From positions 36,598 through 100,597 of the forward strand of contig WJKM01000016.1 of NCBI GenBank assembly GCA_014729085.1: 64,000 bases of DNA, read 5' to 3'. The stretch comes from Candidatus Dojkabacteria bacterium (lineage in GTDB: Bacteria > Patescibacteriota > Dojkabacteria > B142 > WJKM01). The translations under genes and the position numbers were made by a program. Positions 29,349 through 39,767 of this stretch are shown here, one piece after another. Within the stretch, counting starts at the first letter, position 1. Every line of letters begins with the position of its first letter. The notes under the pieces were generated by a model. That model searched no databases. It was not told where the DNA came from and saw nothing but the letters and a program-made list of their open reading frames with translations.

Positions 29349-30641
29349 TTATTTTACTTTTGCATAATCGGCTCCCATTACATTTGCTTTCTCTCCTAGT
29401 TCATCTTCTATTTCCATTAATCTGTTATATTTACAGACTCTTTCTCCTCTAGTTGGACCCACCTTTACAAATCCAGAATTAACTGCAACTGCAAGATCAA
29501 TCATCGAGGTGTCATTTACTTCCCCACCTCCTCGATGTGAAGGAACTGTCATCCATCCATTCTTTCGTGCAAGCATACAGCAATCGACTGTCTCTGTTAA
29601 AGAACCTATTTGATTGAGTTTAATCAATATTGCATCACCGGCTTTCTCGTCTATTGCTCTTTGCAGTCTTGTGGTATTTGTAACTGTTAAATCGTCAGTT
29701 ATATGAGGTACGTTAATTTTACTGGTAAATTTAGGCCAGTTTTCCCAATCATCTTCATGCAGCATATCTTCGACTGTTACAATTGGGTATTTGTCAAACC
29801 AGGGAAGATAGTACTCTATTAATTCTTCTGAAGAAAGTTCTTTGCCTTCTATAGAAAGAATATACTTACCGTTCTCAAAATATTCAGAAGCGGCTGCATC
29901 CATTGAAATCCCAACATCTTTACCAGGTGTATATCCAGCTTTTTTTATACTTTCTAGAATGAGTTGAAGAGGCTTTTCATTATTATTAAGTCCTGAAGGT
30001 GCGAAAGCGCCCTCATTACCAACATTTGTATTTAAATCAAGAGACTTTAAATGTTTCTTCAAGGCTATATAGATCTCTTCTCCCATACGTATATTTTCTC
30101 TCGCAGAATTGAATCCGAATGGTGAAATGATATATTCCTGAAGATCGGTTGACTGATGTGCATGTTTTCCTCCCTCAATAACAACCATCATAGGATTAGG
30201 TAGATAGTAATCAGAGATATTTAAATTATAAACTTGTCTAATATATTTATAAAGAGGAAGATTATTTTCATTTGCTGAGGCTTTTGCGACTGCTAATGAT
30301 ACACTTAGAATTGCATTACCACCAAGATTTGCTTTGTTTTCTGTAGCATCCATTTCAATCATTTTTTCATCAATTACTCTTTGTTCTTCTGCATTCAAAC
30401 CAATTAATTCGTTTGAAATTTTATCATTAACATTTGATACTGCTTTTAGCATGCCTTTTCCGTTATATCTGTTTTCGTCGTCGTCTGTCAAGACTGTGGC
30501 TTCATGCACACCGGCAGATGAACCGTAAGGGACAGAAGCCTTGCCTTTAGCTCCACTTTCTAGTTCCACATAAGCTTCAATTGTAGGTTTGCCTCCAGAT
30601 GCTAGAATTTCTCTTGCTCTTACTGATTTAATTTTTGACAT
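29349..30641 (-). CDS. eno: enolase
   Basis: The 430-aa product has an enolase N-terminus (SKIKSVRAREILASGGKPTIE) and the conserved metal and substrate motifs. Confidence 0.9.
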   Translation of the reverse strand: MSKIKSVRAREILASGGKPTIEAYVELESGAKGKASVPYGSSAGVHEATVLTDDDENRYNGKGMLKAVSNVNDKISNELIGLNAEEQRVIDEKMIEMDATENKANLGGNAILSVSLAVAKASANENNLPLYKYIRQVYNLNISDYYLPNPMMVVIEGGKHAHQSTDLQEYIISPFGFNSARENIRMGEEIYIALKKHLKSLDLNTNVGNEGAFAPSGLNNNEKPLQLILESIKKAGYTPGKDVGISMDAAASEYFENGKYILSIEGKELSSEELIEYYLPWFDKYPIVTVEDMLHEDDWENWPKFTSKINVPHITDDLTVTNTTRLQRAIDEKAGDAILIKLNQIGSLTETVDCCMLARKNGWMTVPSHRGGGEVNDTSMIDLAVAVNSGFVKVGPTRGERVCKYNRLMEIEDELGEKANVMGADYAKVK

Positions 30642-30794
30642 TATATTTGGTTAAAAGATAAAAATAACAAATTTTATAAACTATTAAGATAAAATATTGT
30701 AACAAAATTATTGGAATAATTTTTGAAAAAATATTGAATTAGAATATAATACATAAAGTAAATTGACGGCAAGCAAGTAGTTAGATTAAAAAGT

Positions 30795-30865
30795 TCGGGG
30801 ATCGTCTAATGGTAGGACAACGGCCTCTGAAGCCGTTAATCTTAGTTCGAATCTAAGTCCCCGAA
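30795..30865 (+). tRNA. tRNA-Gln (anticodon CUG)
   Basis: The cloverleaf has acceptor TCGGGGA/TCCCCGA, D-stem GTCT/GGAC, anticodon stem ACGGC/GCCGT with loop CTCTGAA, and T-arm CTTAG-TTCGAAT-CTAAG. CCA is not encoded. Confidence 0.8.
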
Positions 30866-30941
30866 CTTTTTAATCAGTTCAGGTTGGGAATTATGGGTGT
30901 TTAAAAGGCCTCCTTGCCTGTCGAAATAAGATGAAGACAGG

Positions 30942-30963
30942 TGAAGCCGTTAATCTTAGTTCG
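30942..30963 (+). repeat. 22-bp direct repeat of the 3' half of tRNA-Gln (TGAAGCCGTTAATCTTAGTTCG; first copy at 30828..30849)
   Basis: There is an exact 22-bp match 92 bp downstream of the copy inside the tRNA, with a short hairpin (CCTGTC...GACAGG) just before it. Confidence 0.6.
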
Positions 30964-31242
30964 CTAGCCTGTATGACGTCAACATCTTTGGCCGGCAATA
31001 AGCAGCAGTGTTTTCAAAAGAATGTTTAGAAATTCTGGATTTACTAATAATAAATTTCAGAATAAGAATAAGTTTAAAATCTGAAGATCTATGTCTTGGA
31101 ATTATATTAGAATATATTTATTGTTACGGAAATTGGAAATTTTCTAAAAATTTACATTTTATATACAAGCTGCCGAAATCCTTTACGGGATGAAGGCAAA
31201 TAATTCCGAGCGTAGCGAGGATTATGTGCTTATTTTCTGAAA

Positions 31243-32058
31243 ATGAGTAAAAAAGTAAAATTTTTTAATGTAATTTGTTTAATATGGATAGTATTGAGTT
31301 CGATTTATTTTTACTATTCAAATTTTCAATTGAATAAAAAGCTGGAATCCCAGGAATCCTATTATCAGGAATGTATTCAAAATTTCCAAAAGTGTAAGGA
31401 AGATAATAAATCTGATCAGGATGAGAAAAAAAAGAGCAGGGATGACATTAAAGTGGAAAGAGAGGTACTTCCCGAAACTGTTGTAATGAATATTGAAACT
31501 TATGCTCAACAGTATCCCGCTTCATGTGAAATAGCCAGCGCACATATAGCAATGAAATATTTTGGTGTTGAAAAGTCAGAAGATGAGATTTTAGAAATAG
31601 TTCAGATTGATCCAACAGAATTAGAACAGATGGAGGATGGAAGATGGCATTGGGGTAATCCCCAGAAAAAATACGTAGGAAGCTTATATCTTCCAGGTGG
31701 AGTTTATAATGAACCAGTGTATAGGGCTTTATCCGAATTTGGTTTTTCCCAAAGTATTTCGAAGACTGGATGGCAGATTGCTGAATTGTATAGTTATATT
31801 CGACAAGGTTATCCTGCAATTGTCTGGGTCTCAAGTGATTTTAAAACCCAACCTCTTACCAAAACATATGCAGATGATGGTACTGAAAATGTTTGGATGC
31901 CTCATCAACATGCTTTAATTTTAAAAGGAGTAGACTCAGAAAAAACCTATATTATGGATGTTTGGAAGGGGACTCACTATACTGTTACACATGAACAGTT
32001 CAAGACAGGATTCGCTAACCTGGATAATATGGCAATAGTCGTAATTCAGGATGAATAA
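31243..32058 (+). CDS. membrane-anchored C39-like (papain-like) cysteine peptidase domain protein
   Basis: There is an N-terminal TM segment. QQYPASCEIASAHIAMKYFG matches the Peptidase_C39_2 catalytic Cys context and a His lies downstream. Confidence 0.55.
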   Translation: MSKKVKFFNVICLIWIVLSSIYFYYSNFQLNKKLESQESYYQECIQNFQKCKEDNKSDQDEKKKSRDDIKVEREVLPETVVMNIETYAQQYPASCEIASAHIAMKYFGVEKSEDEILEIVQIDPTELEQMEDGRWHWGNPQKKYVGSLYLPGGVYNEPVYRALSEFGFSQSISKTGWQIAELYSYIRQGYPAIVWVSSDFKTQPLTKTYADDGTENVWMPHQHALILKGVDSEKTYIMDVWKGTHYTVTHEQFKTGFANLDNMAIVVIQDE

Positions 32059-32167
32059 TAGGTAGAGGGATTCTTAAAATGAAATGATATTAGTGTTACA
32101 ACATATGAAATTTTTGTACTTTAAATTACATGATAAAATTAATCAATTAATTTGATATACATATATT

Positions 32168-34075
32168 ATGCTAAAAAACATTATAAATTTTATTAAACTA
32201 CTCATATTTGTCTCAATTCCGTTATTGGTAATTTCTGTCTTTTCTCAAAAAACTTATGCTGCTCTTCCAGATACAAAAATAAGCGGAAAGAACTATATAG
32301 AAGCAGAATGGTCTGAAGATACGAATAGATGGATTTATAGGGATTATCATGTAAAATGGGAATTTGAACCACACAGACAAGATTTGGTAGATATGCAATA
32401 TGGTTTTTTAGATATATATATGAGCGAAGATGGAGGAGTAAATTGGAGAGATCAAAGATCAAATATTTGGACGGATACAGAGAAACAGACATCACATATT
32501 ATGGTATTGGCAGGTTTGGGTTGTAAATATGTTCGGGGAGAATGGAGTGATTTTGACAATGTATATTCTAAAACAAGTAATACGATAGAGATTTGTTTGC
32601 AAAGTCCCAATACAAGTTTGATTTTCCCGGATGTAGAGGAAAATAATATATTTAAAGATCATATCGAAGACCTGGCTACAAAAGAAATAATCAACGGTTA
32701 TTCAAATGGTTTCTATAAACCTAATTTCCCAGTTACTAGAGGTGCTTTAGCAAAAATTATGAAGAATTCAATTGATTTTCAAACTGATTTGTCATGCGAG
32801 GATTTTCCTGATGTTTACCCAGAGCATACTTTTTATGAACACATTAAAACTTTAAAGTGTAATGGAATTATTTCGGGATATCGAGATGGTACATTTAGAC
32901 CAAATGAGGTGGTAACACGAGGACAGGCTATGAAGTTTATTGTAAATGCTGTAAGGCATAAATATCACCTTAAATTTCCAGAATATAAAGCAGGAGAAAT
33001 CTTTCCAGATGTAACTCAGAACCATACTTTTTATAATTATATTAATTCCGCGGCTTCAATCGAACTTTATAGTGGTGAAAGAATAATAAATGGATATTCG
33101 AATGGGAATTTTGGTCCCGAAGATCCAATCTCAAGAGAACAGATTGCAAAAATTATTAATCAGACACTAGTTTATATTAAAGATGGTGGAAAAATTTCCA
33201 CACCGAATCCTTTTACTGAATTAGCTTTAGATAATTCCAGGGGTATTATTATAGAGGAGCTAATTCCAAATATTATTGGTCAGTATGATATTGATTTGGA
33301 TAGATATAATCCCGATTTAATTGAACCATTAGATCCTCCAGAAAATTTTGATATTCATTACTGGTTTTATTCCCACTTTATTAACCTGTATCCAATAGAT
33401 AAAAAACTAATTACTGATGTAACATTTTTTTCAGATGGATATTATGGAGTAATAGCAGCAGTCTATCGAGAAGGAGAAGATTTGTCTAAGTGGGGATTGG
33501 CAGTAGATGAATCTGATTTATATTACAAAGAGACTTCAGATGTGTTTGTTTTAGATCCCATGACTGCAATTCATGAAATAGCACATATTTATACCCTAAA
33601 TTCTGAAGAAATAGATATATATGAAGCAAGTTATGATGTCGGATCAATTGAGGAATTTATTAGTATGAATAAACAAAATAAGGCTACATGTCCAAATTTT
33701 TATACACTTGACGGATGTTCAAAACCATCTTCATATCTTAATCAGTTTTATGAAAATTTTTGGGAAGATAAGTACGCAGAATTCGTTGCTATTGAAGAGC
33801 TAAAGAGTCTTGAGGAGAAGGTAGACGCTTATGCTGATTTTATTTCAAAATATGGTGATGAGTATTTAACATGGTATGCTATTACAAGCCCAGAAGAGGA
33901 TTTGGCTGAATCCTTTGCAGTTTTTGTTTTATCAGATAAGCCAATGGAAAATTCAACTGTAGTTACCGATCACAAAATACTATTTTTCTATGATTATCCT
34001 GAATTAACTGAATTTAGAGAAAGGACTAGATCCAGAATCCAAACTAGTTATCCAGGATATTTAGATCTATTTTGA
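32168..34075 (+). CDS. secreted protein with three SLH domains and a C-terminal HExxH metallopeptidase-like motif
   Basis: There is a signal peptide. Three repeats read FPDV...GYxxGxFxP...TRGxxAK, typical of SLH domains. HEIAH lies in the C-terminal region. Confidence 0.6.
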   Translation: MLKNIINFIKLLIFVSIPLLVISVFSQKTYAALPDTKISGKNYIEAEWSEDTNRWIYRDYHVKWEFEPHRQDLVDMQYGFLDIYMSEDGGVNWRDQRSNIWTDTEKQTSHIMVLAGLGCKYVRGEWSDFDNVYSKTSNTIEICLQSPNTSLIFPDVEENNIFKDHIEDLATKEIINGYSNGFYKPNFPVTRGALAKIMKNSIDFQTDLSCEDFPDVYPEHTFYEHIKTLKCNGIISGYRDGTFRPNEVVTRGQAMKFIVNAVRHKYHLKFPEYKAGEIFPDVTQNHTFYNYINSAASIELYSGERIINGYSNGNFGPEDPISREQIAKIINQTLVYIKDGGKISTPNPFTELALDNSRGIIIEELIPNIIGQYDIDLDRYNPDLIEPLDPPENFDIHYWFYSHFINLYPIDKKLITDVTFFSDGYYGVIAAVYREGEDLSKWGLAVDESDLYYKETSDVFVLDPMTAIHEIAHIYTLNSEEIDIYEASYDVGSIEEFISMNKQNKATCPNFYTLDGCSKPSSYLNQFYENFWEDKYAEFVAIEELKSLEEKVDAYADFISKYGDEYLTWYAITSPEEDLAESFAVFVLSDKPMENSTVVTDHKILFFYDYPELTEFRERTRSRIQTSYPGYLDLF

Positions 34076-34133
34076 TTTGTTTTAATAGTCTTTCTAATTT
34101 AAAATAGATTGATAATTCGTTTATTCTGCCCAT

Positions 34134-36311
34134 ATGGAAGAAGTTGAAAAAATTTATACAAAACCTTTTTTAAAAATTGAATCTGATGAACAGGATTTAA
34201 TTGGAGTACAAGGAACCACTGTAGCTAAAATTCTTCAGTCTGGCGTAAATTTACCTTCAGGATTTATAATAACTACACATGCATTCGATAATTTCTTGAT
34301 AGCAAATGATTTAGTTGCGGAAATTCAGGAAAGGATGAAAAATGTGGACAGCAAGAGTAGAAAGAAGCTCATAAACGCTTCAAATTTTGTAAATACATTA
34401 TTTAAGGAAGCGGTGATTCCTTCTTCAATTTATGATGCAATTCGGGTTTCCTATTCTAATCTTTTTGGATTGTCTAAGGGACTTGTGAAGCTATATCCTT
34501 CATGGATTCCTGAAGTTTATCCATATAATGCTGGTGTTGATCATAAATATAGTTTTACAGCTATAGAAGATATGAATAGTTTGGAAGAAGTAATTCTTAA
34601 GTCATGGCAGGTATTATTCGATCCAATGGCTATCTTCGAAAGATTTGAAAACAATTATAATGGAACTTTAAGTGTAGCATTGGTAGTTCAAAAGATGCTG
34701 AACGCCGAAATGTCTGGAAAGGCATATAGTTACAATCCCATTTCTAATGAAGAAAATGAAGTGGAAATAGAAGCATTGCTTGGTCTATACAAAGGAGTCG
34801 CAGAACTCGGAGTTATTCCCGATAGATATATTGTAAGCAAGGAGCATGAAAGAATTGTAGAAAAAAATACATCCGGGCAAAGAGAGATGATGGTTATGAA
34901 AGGGATGTTTAAGACAAAAGAAAGTAAAGAGCATATTGTAAAAGTCTCAAAACCTTGGCAAGTAAGACAAAAGATTTCGGATAAACAAATCCAAGAATTA
35001 ACAATAATTCTGAAGACTATAGAGCGAGAACTTGGAAAACAAGTTGAGCTTGAATGGGTAATTGAGACAGGTAAATTATATGTAGTAGATTTTAAAATTG
35101 GAAAGACATTAGAAAAATATAAATTGATGCAAGATGGAGAGGTAAAGAGAAGTATTAAAGTTGAACCCGGTATAGAAGTAGTAAGTCCTTCCGATCAAAG
35201 CAAGAAAAAGGAACCTAAGAAAACTTTAGATGATTATATTGATGAAATTGAACAAGAGATAGATAACTTTGGATCTGTTTCCGTTCCTCCAGAAGATATT
35301 AATAATAAGGCCTCATCTCTGGCGACTGAGATTAAGAAGGAGGAAAATACTCCCAAGAAAGTCAGTAAAGAACAAGCTAAAGAAAAAGAGGTAGATATTG
35401 AAAGGACTATAGAACCCAAGATACCTAAATTATGGAAGAAATTTACTTTTACCAAATTAAAAGATGTAGAGCCTCAAGTGGTTGATATTTGGCTTGATAT
35501 GAGCGAAGGATTAGTCAGAGGCGAATTAAATTCTAATGAATTTGATGGACTATACGGTTTATATGGTGAGGATCTTCTGGAAGGATTTGGTGTAAATATT
35601 GTGCATCTAGATAAAAAGCAATTAGTTAGTCTAAAAAATTACATAGTGGATCAAATCTTCGAATTGATAAGTCAAGACTTGAGCAAACACACAATATATT
35701 CCATTAGTAACCTGACACATAAACAAGCCGATAAATATTTAAACGAATCAAAAGAAGGTATAGATCTTCATCTTACAAATCAAATTCTTATTGAACAGGA
35801 ATTGGCTGCTATACGTGAAATAAGAGGGAAGAGGGGATATAGAAAGATTTGGGTCGGGATTAGAGGTCTGAATCAGGTTGAAGAACTAAAGAACATTAAA
35901 TCAATTATTTCGAAAGCAGGAATCAAAAGATCAAGTATGTTTAAAATATTTGTGGAAATAGATAAACTTCCAGTATTTTTGAATATTAATGATTACCTGA
36001 AAGAAAATGTGGATGGAGTTATTCTTTATTTAGATGTAATTTTTCAAAGTTTATTAGGGAATAAAATTTCTATCCAAGAGGTATTGGAAAATGATGTCTT
36101 TTGGGATATGGTCGAGAAATTATCACTACAGATTCATAAAAAGGGACGAACATTTTTTGTTAATTCAAATGTGCTTGCAAGTACAGATGAATTGATTTTG
36201 AAACTTTTAAAGCTTGGAATAAATGGTGTATGTATCGGAGGGGAGAAGATATACGATATGCGTAAAAATTTAACAAAACTTGAAAGACAAATCCTGAAGC
36301 AGAAGAAGTAG
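34134..36311 (+). CDS. PEP synthase/PPDK-like protein (PPDK_N nucleotide-binding domain and C-terminal PEP-utilizer-like barrel) lacking a recognisable phosphohistidine domain
   Basis: The N-terminus reads GVQGTTVAKILQSGVNLPSGFIITTHAF, which matches PPDK_N. The middle ~200 aa are a K/E-rich low-complexity region where GGRTSHAA would be expected. The C-terminus is barrel-like. Confidence 0.5.
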   Translation: MEEVEKIYTKPFLKIESDEQDLIGVQGTTVAKILQSGVNLPSGFIITTHAFDNFLIANDLVAEIQERMKNVDSKSRKKLINASNFVNTLFKEAVIPSSIYDAIRVSYSNLFGLSKGLVKLYPSWIPEVYPYNAGVDHKYSFTAIEDMNSLEEVILKSWQVLFDPMAIFERFENNYNGTLSVALVVQKMLNAEMSGKAYSYNPISNEENEVEIEALLGLYKGVAELGVIPDRYIVSKEHERIVEKNTSGQREMMVMKGMFKTKESKEHIVKVSKPWQVRQKISDKQIQELTIILKTIERELGKQVELEWVIETGKLYVVDFKIGKTLEKYKLMQDGEVKRSIKVEPGIEVVSPSDQSKKKEPKKTLDDYIDEIEQEIDNFGSVSVPPEDINNKASSLATEIKKEENTPKKVSKEQAKEKEVDIERTIEPKIPKLWKKFTFTKLKDVEPQVVDIWLDMSEGLVRGELNSNEFDGLYGLYGEDLLEGFGVNIVHLDKKQLVSLKNYIVDQIFELISQDLSKHTIYSISNLTHKQADKYLNESKEGIDLHLTNQILIEQELAAIREIRGKRGYRKIWVGIRGLNQVEELKNIKSIISKAGIKRSSMFKIFVEIDKLPVFLNINDYLKENVDGVILYLDVIFQSLLGNKISIQEVLENDVFWDMVEKLSLQIHKKGRTFFVNSNVLASTDELILKLLKLGINGVCIGGEKIYDMRKNLTKLERQILKQKK

Positions 36312-36337
36312 AGTTAAGTTTCTGCCTCCTATACGCT

Positions 36338-38014
36338 ATGAAATTTATGAGATATCTAAAAAAACACATTCAAAGTAATTTTTTTGTTTTTATCGTTCTT
36401 TTTACCTTCGGAGCAATTATTTATTCAAATGTAATACACGGTTCTTTTATTTTTGATGATAATTTATTAATAGAACATAATAGACTGATTAGATCTTTGG
36501 ATAATATTCCTCATTTTTTTATAAGTAGTTCCGAAACTGGAGCTGGATTAGAAAGTAATTTTTATAGACCACTTCAAAATTTAGTCTACGCAATAATTTA
36601 CTTTTTTTTCCAATTAAGCCCCGAACCTTATCATATAGTATCCATCTTTATTCACCTAACTAACACATGTCTGGTATTCATATTATTAAAAAAGATAATG
36701 AAATTTACGAGAGTAGGTAGTATGATTGGTGCATTATTATTCTTGGTTCATCCTGTACAAGCTGAAGCTGTAAGCTATATATCTGGAATAGCTGACCCTC
36801 TCTGTTTTATGTTTATGATAATTGGGATTTTGCTCTTTTATAAATCAGTAAAGAACATTCAAAAGTTAACAAATTTTCATTGGACGAAATTTTTAAACCA
36901 ATATTTTTTATTGAGTCTTGTATGCTTGGTTTTAGGGTTGCTTTCAAAAGAAATGGGGGTAGTTTTTTTCCCGCTTACTGCTCTAATGACTCTTTATTTC
37001 TGGAATACTTATGATAAAAACGAAAAAAAGATTTCAATTTATTCACTCTTAGTTTATCTAGCTATTATCATCTTATATTTGATTTTGAAATTTACGATTT
37101 TTAATTTCACAGGAGCAGGCGGGCTTAGTAGTGAGGACAATGTATACACTCAAAATGTTCTAGTTCGATTATTAAGTTTTTTAAATATTATTTGGGATTA
37201 CTTATTATTAATAATAGCTCCCTGGGAGTTATACTTAGAGAAGCCTTTCACAGTAGTTGAGTCTTTTTTCCATATTAAAGTAATTCTAGGGTTTATAATT
37301 CTATCAACCTTAATATTTCTTGCATATAAAAGTTATAGAAATTCCAAAAAAGTATTTTTTGGATTATCTTGGGTCTTGATATGTTTAGTACCGATTTCGG
37401 GAATAATACCTTTAAATGCAATTTATCTCGAGCATTGGCTTTATTTTCCTCTTATTGGAATTAGTATACTACTAGCACAAAGCTATGATTATATAGATGA
37501 AGGTATAGAAAAGAAAATACTTGTAATCTTCATTACGGTTTTTCTAGTACTTTTAAGTGTAAGAACAGTAATTCGAAATAAGGATTGGACAGATCCTATA
37601 AGGTTTTATCAAAATGAAATAAAGTACAATCCAAATTCAGCAAGAGTTTATAATAATCTTGCTATGCATTATTCAGATATAGAATGGTACAATTTGGCAG
37701 CTAAAAATTATCAGAAAGCAATTGAATTGCAAGATACATATCCTCAGACACATCATAATTTAGCCAGAGTATATGTTATGACTGGACAATATGAAAAGGC
37801 CATCGGGGAATATTACTCAGCTTTATCGATCAATCCAAATTTCATATACTCTCATGTGGATTTATATAATTTTTATAAACAGTTAGGATATATCAAGCAG
37901 GCAGACTACTTTAAAAATTTTATTCAAAGAATTCAAAATGGAGAGGAAATTAAATATGACGAAATACAAAAAGTTAAATCAGAAAAAACTATCAATAATA
38001 ATACCGTGCTTTAA
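36338..38014 (+). CDS. polytopic membrane protein with C-terminal TPR repeats (GT-C/PMT-like glycosyltransferase candidate)
   Basis: About 11 TM helices are followed by TPR-like repeats (YNNLAMHY...AIELQDTYPQTHHNLARVY...AIGEYYSALSINP). Confidence 0.5.
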   Translation: MKFMRYLKKHIQSNFFVFIVLFTFGAIIYSNVIHGSFIFDDNLLIEHNRLIRSLDNIPHFFISSSETGAGLESNFYRPLQNLVYAIIYFFFQLSPEPYHIVSIFIHLTNTCLVFILLKKIMKFTRVGSMIGALLFLVHPVQAEAVSYISGIADPLCFMFMIIGILLFYKSVKNIQKLTNFHWTKFLNQYFLLSLVCLVLGLLSKEMGVVFFPLTALMTLYFWNTYDKNEKKISIYSLLVYLAIIILYLILKFTIFNFTGAGGLSSEDNVYTQNVLVRLLSFLNIIWDYLLLIIAPWELYLEKPFTVVESFFHIKVILGFIILSTLIFLAYKSYRNSKKVFFGLSWVLICLVPISGIIPLNAIYLEHWLYFPLIGISILLAQSYDYIDEGIEKKILVIFITVFLVLLSVRTVIRNKDWTDPIRFYQNEIKYNPNSARVYNNLAMHYSDIEWYNLAAKNYQKAIELQDTYPQTHHNLARVYVMTGQYEKAIGEYYSALSINPNFIYSHVDLYNFYKQLGYIKQADYFKNFIQRIQNGEEIKYDEIQKVKSEKTINNNTVL

Positions 38015-38669
38015 TGAGAAGAATACAATTATTGAAATCATTAAAAAAATAGAAAAAGTGAATTTAGGAACGATAGAGAAGGAGATTATTATTGTAGATG
38101 ATGGATCAGATGACGGAACTAATTTGTTATTAGAGAATTTATCCAATAAATATAGAGTTATTTTTCATACAAGAAATAAAGGAAAGGGTGCTTGTATAAA
38201 ATCAGCTTTAAAATATGTAAATGGGGAAATAGTATTGATTCAAGATGCAGATTTGGAATATGACCCTAATGATTATCCTAGTTTAATAAAACCAATTTTA
38301 AAAAAACAAAGTAAAGTTGTATTTGGTTCAAGGGAATTAAATACATCAAATGAGAAACATTCAGGTATAACCTTTTATATAGGGGGTAAAATACTTACTT
38401 TCTTAACAAATAAATTATATAATTCCAAACTTACAGATGTGACAGCTGGATATAAAGTATTTGAAACAGAAGTATTAGAAAATTTAAATATTAAATCAAA
38501 GAAATTTGATTTCTGCTGTGAGGTAGCTGCCAAGTTACTTAAAAGAGGGTATAAAATTATTGAAATACCAATATCTTATGAACCGAGATTAAAATCACAA
38601 GGAAAAAAGATTAGATATAGAGATGGTCTAGATGCACTATTACGATTGCTAACAATAAAATTTCAATAG
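37956..38669 (+). CDS. GT2-family glycosyltransferase (dolichyl/polyprenyl-phosphate sugar synthase-like)
   Basis: It contains LSIIIPCFNE, VDDGSDDGT and QDADLEYDP (the DxD motif). It overlaps the 3' end of the upstream membrane-protein gene. Confidence 0.75.
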   Translation: MTKYKKLNQKKLSIIIPCFNEKNTIIEIIKKIEKVNLGTIEKEIIIVDDGSDDGTNLLLENLSNKYRVIFHTRNKGKGACIKSALKYVNGEIVLIQDADLEYDPNDYPSLIKPILKKQSKVVFGSRELNTSNEKHSGITFYIGGKILTFLTNKLYNSKLTDVTAGYKVFETEVLENLNIKSKKFDFCCEVAAKLLKRGYKIIEIPISYEPRLKSQGKKIRYRDGLDALLRLLTIKFQ

Positions 38670-38684
38670 TTCCAATTTTAAGTT

Positions 38685-39635
38685 TTAATTACAAATTTCT
38701 GCTTTATCTGAACTTCCAAGAATATTGATTTTATGTTTTACTTGTTCTTTAATTGCAGCCCGACCCGGTCCTAGATACTTTCTTGGATCAAACACTTCTG
38801 GTTTGGTTGCAAATACTTCTCTAATTTTTGCTGTCATTGCCATTCTCAGATCAGTATCAATGTTTATTTTGCAAATCGAAAGTTTTGCAGCTTGAGTTAC
38901 TGCTTTGTCTGGGACGCCCATTGCATCGGGCATTTTGCCACCATATTTATTAATTAAGTCTTTAAATTCGACTGGGACATTGCTAGATCCGTGCATAACA
39001 AGAGGAACACCAGGTAACTTAGCTGCAGTATTCTCAATTACATCAAATGCAAGTTTAGGTTCGGATTTGAATTTATAAGCACCATGACTAGTTCCGCATG
39101 CAATTGCGAGAGAATCGCAATTTGTTTTCTCAACAAATTCTACTGCTTGGTCTGGATTAGTTAGAAATTTACTTATATCTTCATGACTTACTCCTACTAC
39201 ATGCTCTTCAACACCTCCTAATTGGCCAAGTTCGGCTTCAACAGTTACATTGTATTCATGAGCATATTCTACTACACGTTTTGTAATTTCGATATTTTTT
39301 TCAAATGGTTCTTTGGATGCATCAATCATTACGGAAGTAAATCCTGCATCAACAGCTTTTTTACAGGATTCAAAACTATCTCCATGATCTAGATGCATAG
39401 CCATAGGAATATCTGGATGTTGTTCTGATCCATTTTCTATAAGGGACTTCAAGTATTCGATTCCGGCATATTTCCATGCTCCAAGAGAAATCGCGATAAT
39501 AACAGGAGAGCTTTCTTCGACAGCTGCTTCTAAAATACCTTGAAAAATTTCCATGTTATTAATATTGAAAGCTCCTATTGCAAAGTTTTGTTTGTAAGCA
39601 ATTTCAAACATTTTTTTTGTATTTACGAGTGTCAT
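38685..39635 (-). CDS. fba: class II fructose-bisphosphate aldolase (short type)
   Basis: It contains FAIGAFNINN and MHLDHG plus the metal ligands. The start is placed at MTLVNTKK by alignment to short class II FBAs; the ORF track extends it 15 codons further upstream. Confidence 0.8.
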   Translation of the reverse strand: MTLVNTKKMFEIAYKQNFAIGAFNINNMEIFQGILEAAVEESSPVIIAISLGAWKYAGIEYLKSLIENGSEQHPDIPMAMHLDHGDSFESCKKAVDAGFTSVMIDASKEPFEKNIEITKRVVEYAHEYNVTVEAELGQLGGVEEHVVGVSHEDISKFLTNPDQAVEFVEKTNCDSLAIACGTSHGAYKFKSEPKLAFDVIENTAAKLPGVPLVMHGSSNVPVEFKDLINKYGGKMPDAMGVPDKAVTQAAKLSICKINIDTDLRMAMTAKIREVFATKPEVFDPRKYLGPGRAAIKEQVKHKINILGSSDKAEICN

Positions 39636-39767
39636 AATGAGTGATATAAAATTTAATACTTTATTGTAGCATCTAGACATGAGGACGAAAATTAGAAACT
39701 ATATTCGATTTCAACTTAAGAGTAACAAAGTGACTTGAAATCATACAAATGCTATATTTGATCAACT

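Noticed and set aside
30901-30965. A second, degenerate tRNA could lie downstream of tRNA-Gln.
   Set aside because: Only the 22-bp 3'-half segment is conserved, and no acceptor or D-arm can be formed. It is treated as an att-like scar, not a tRNA.
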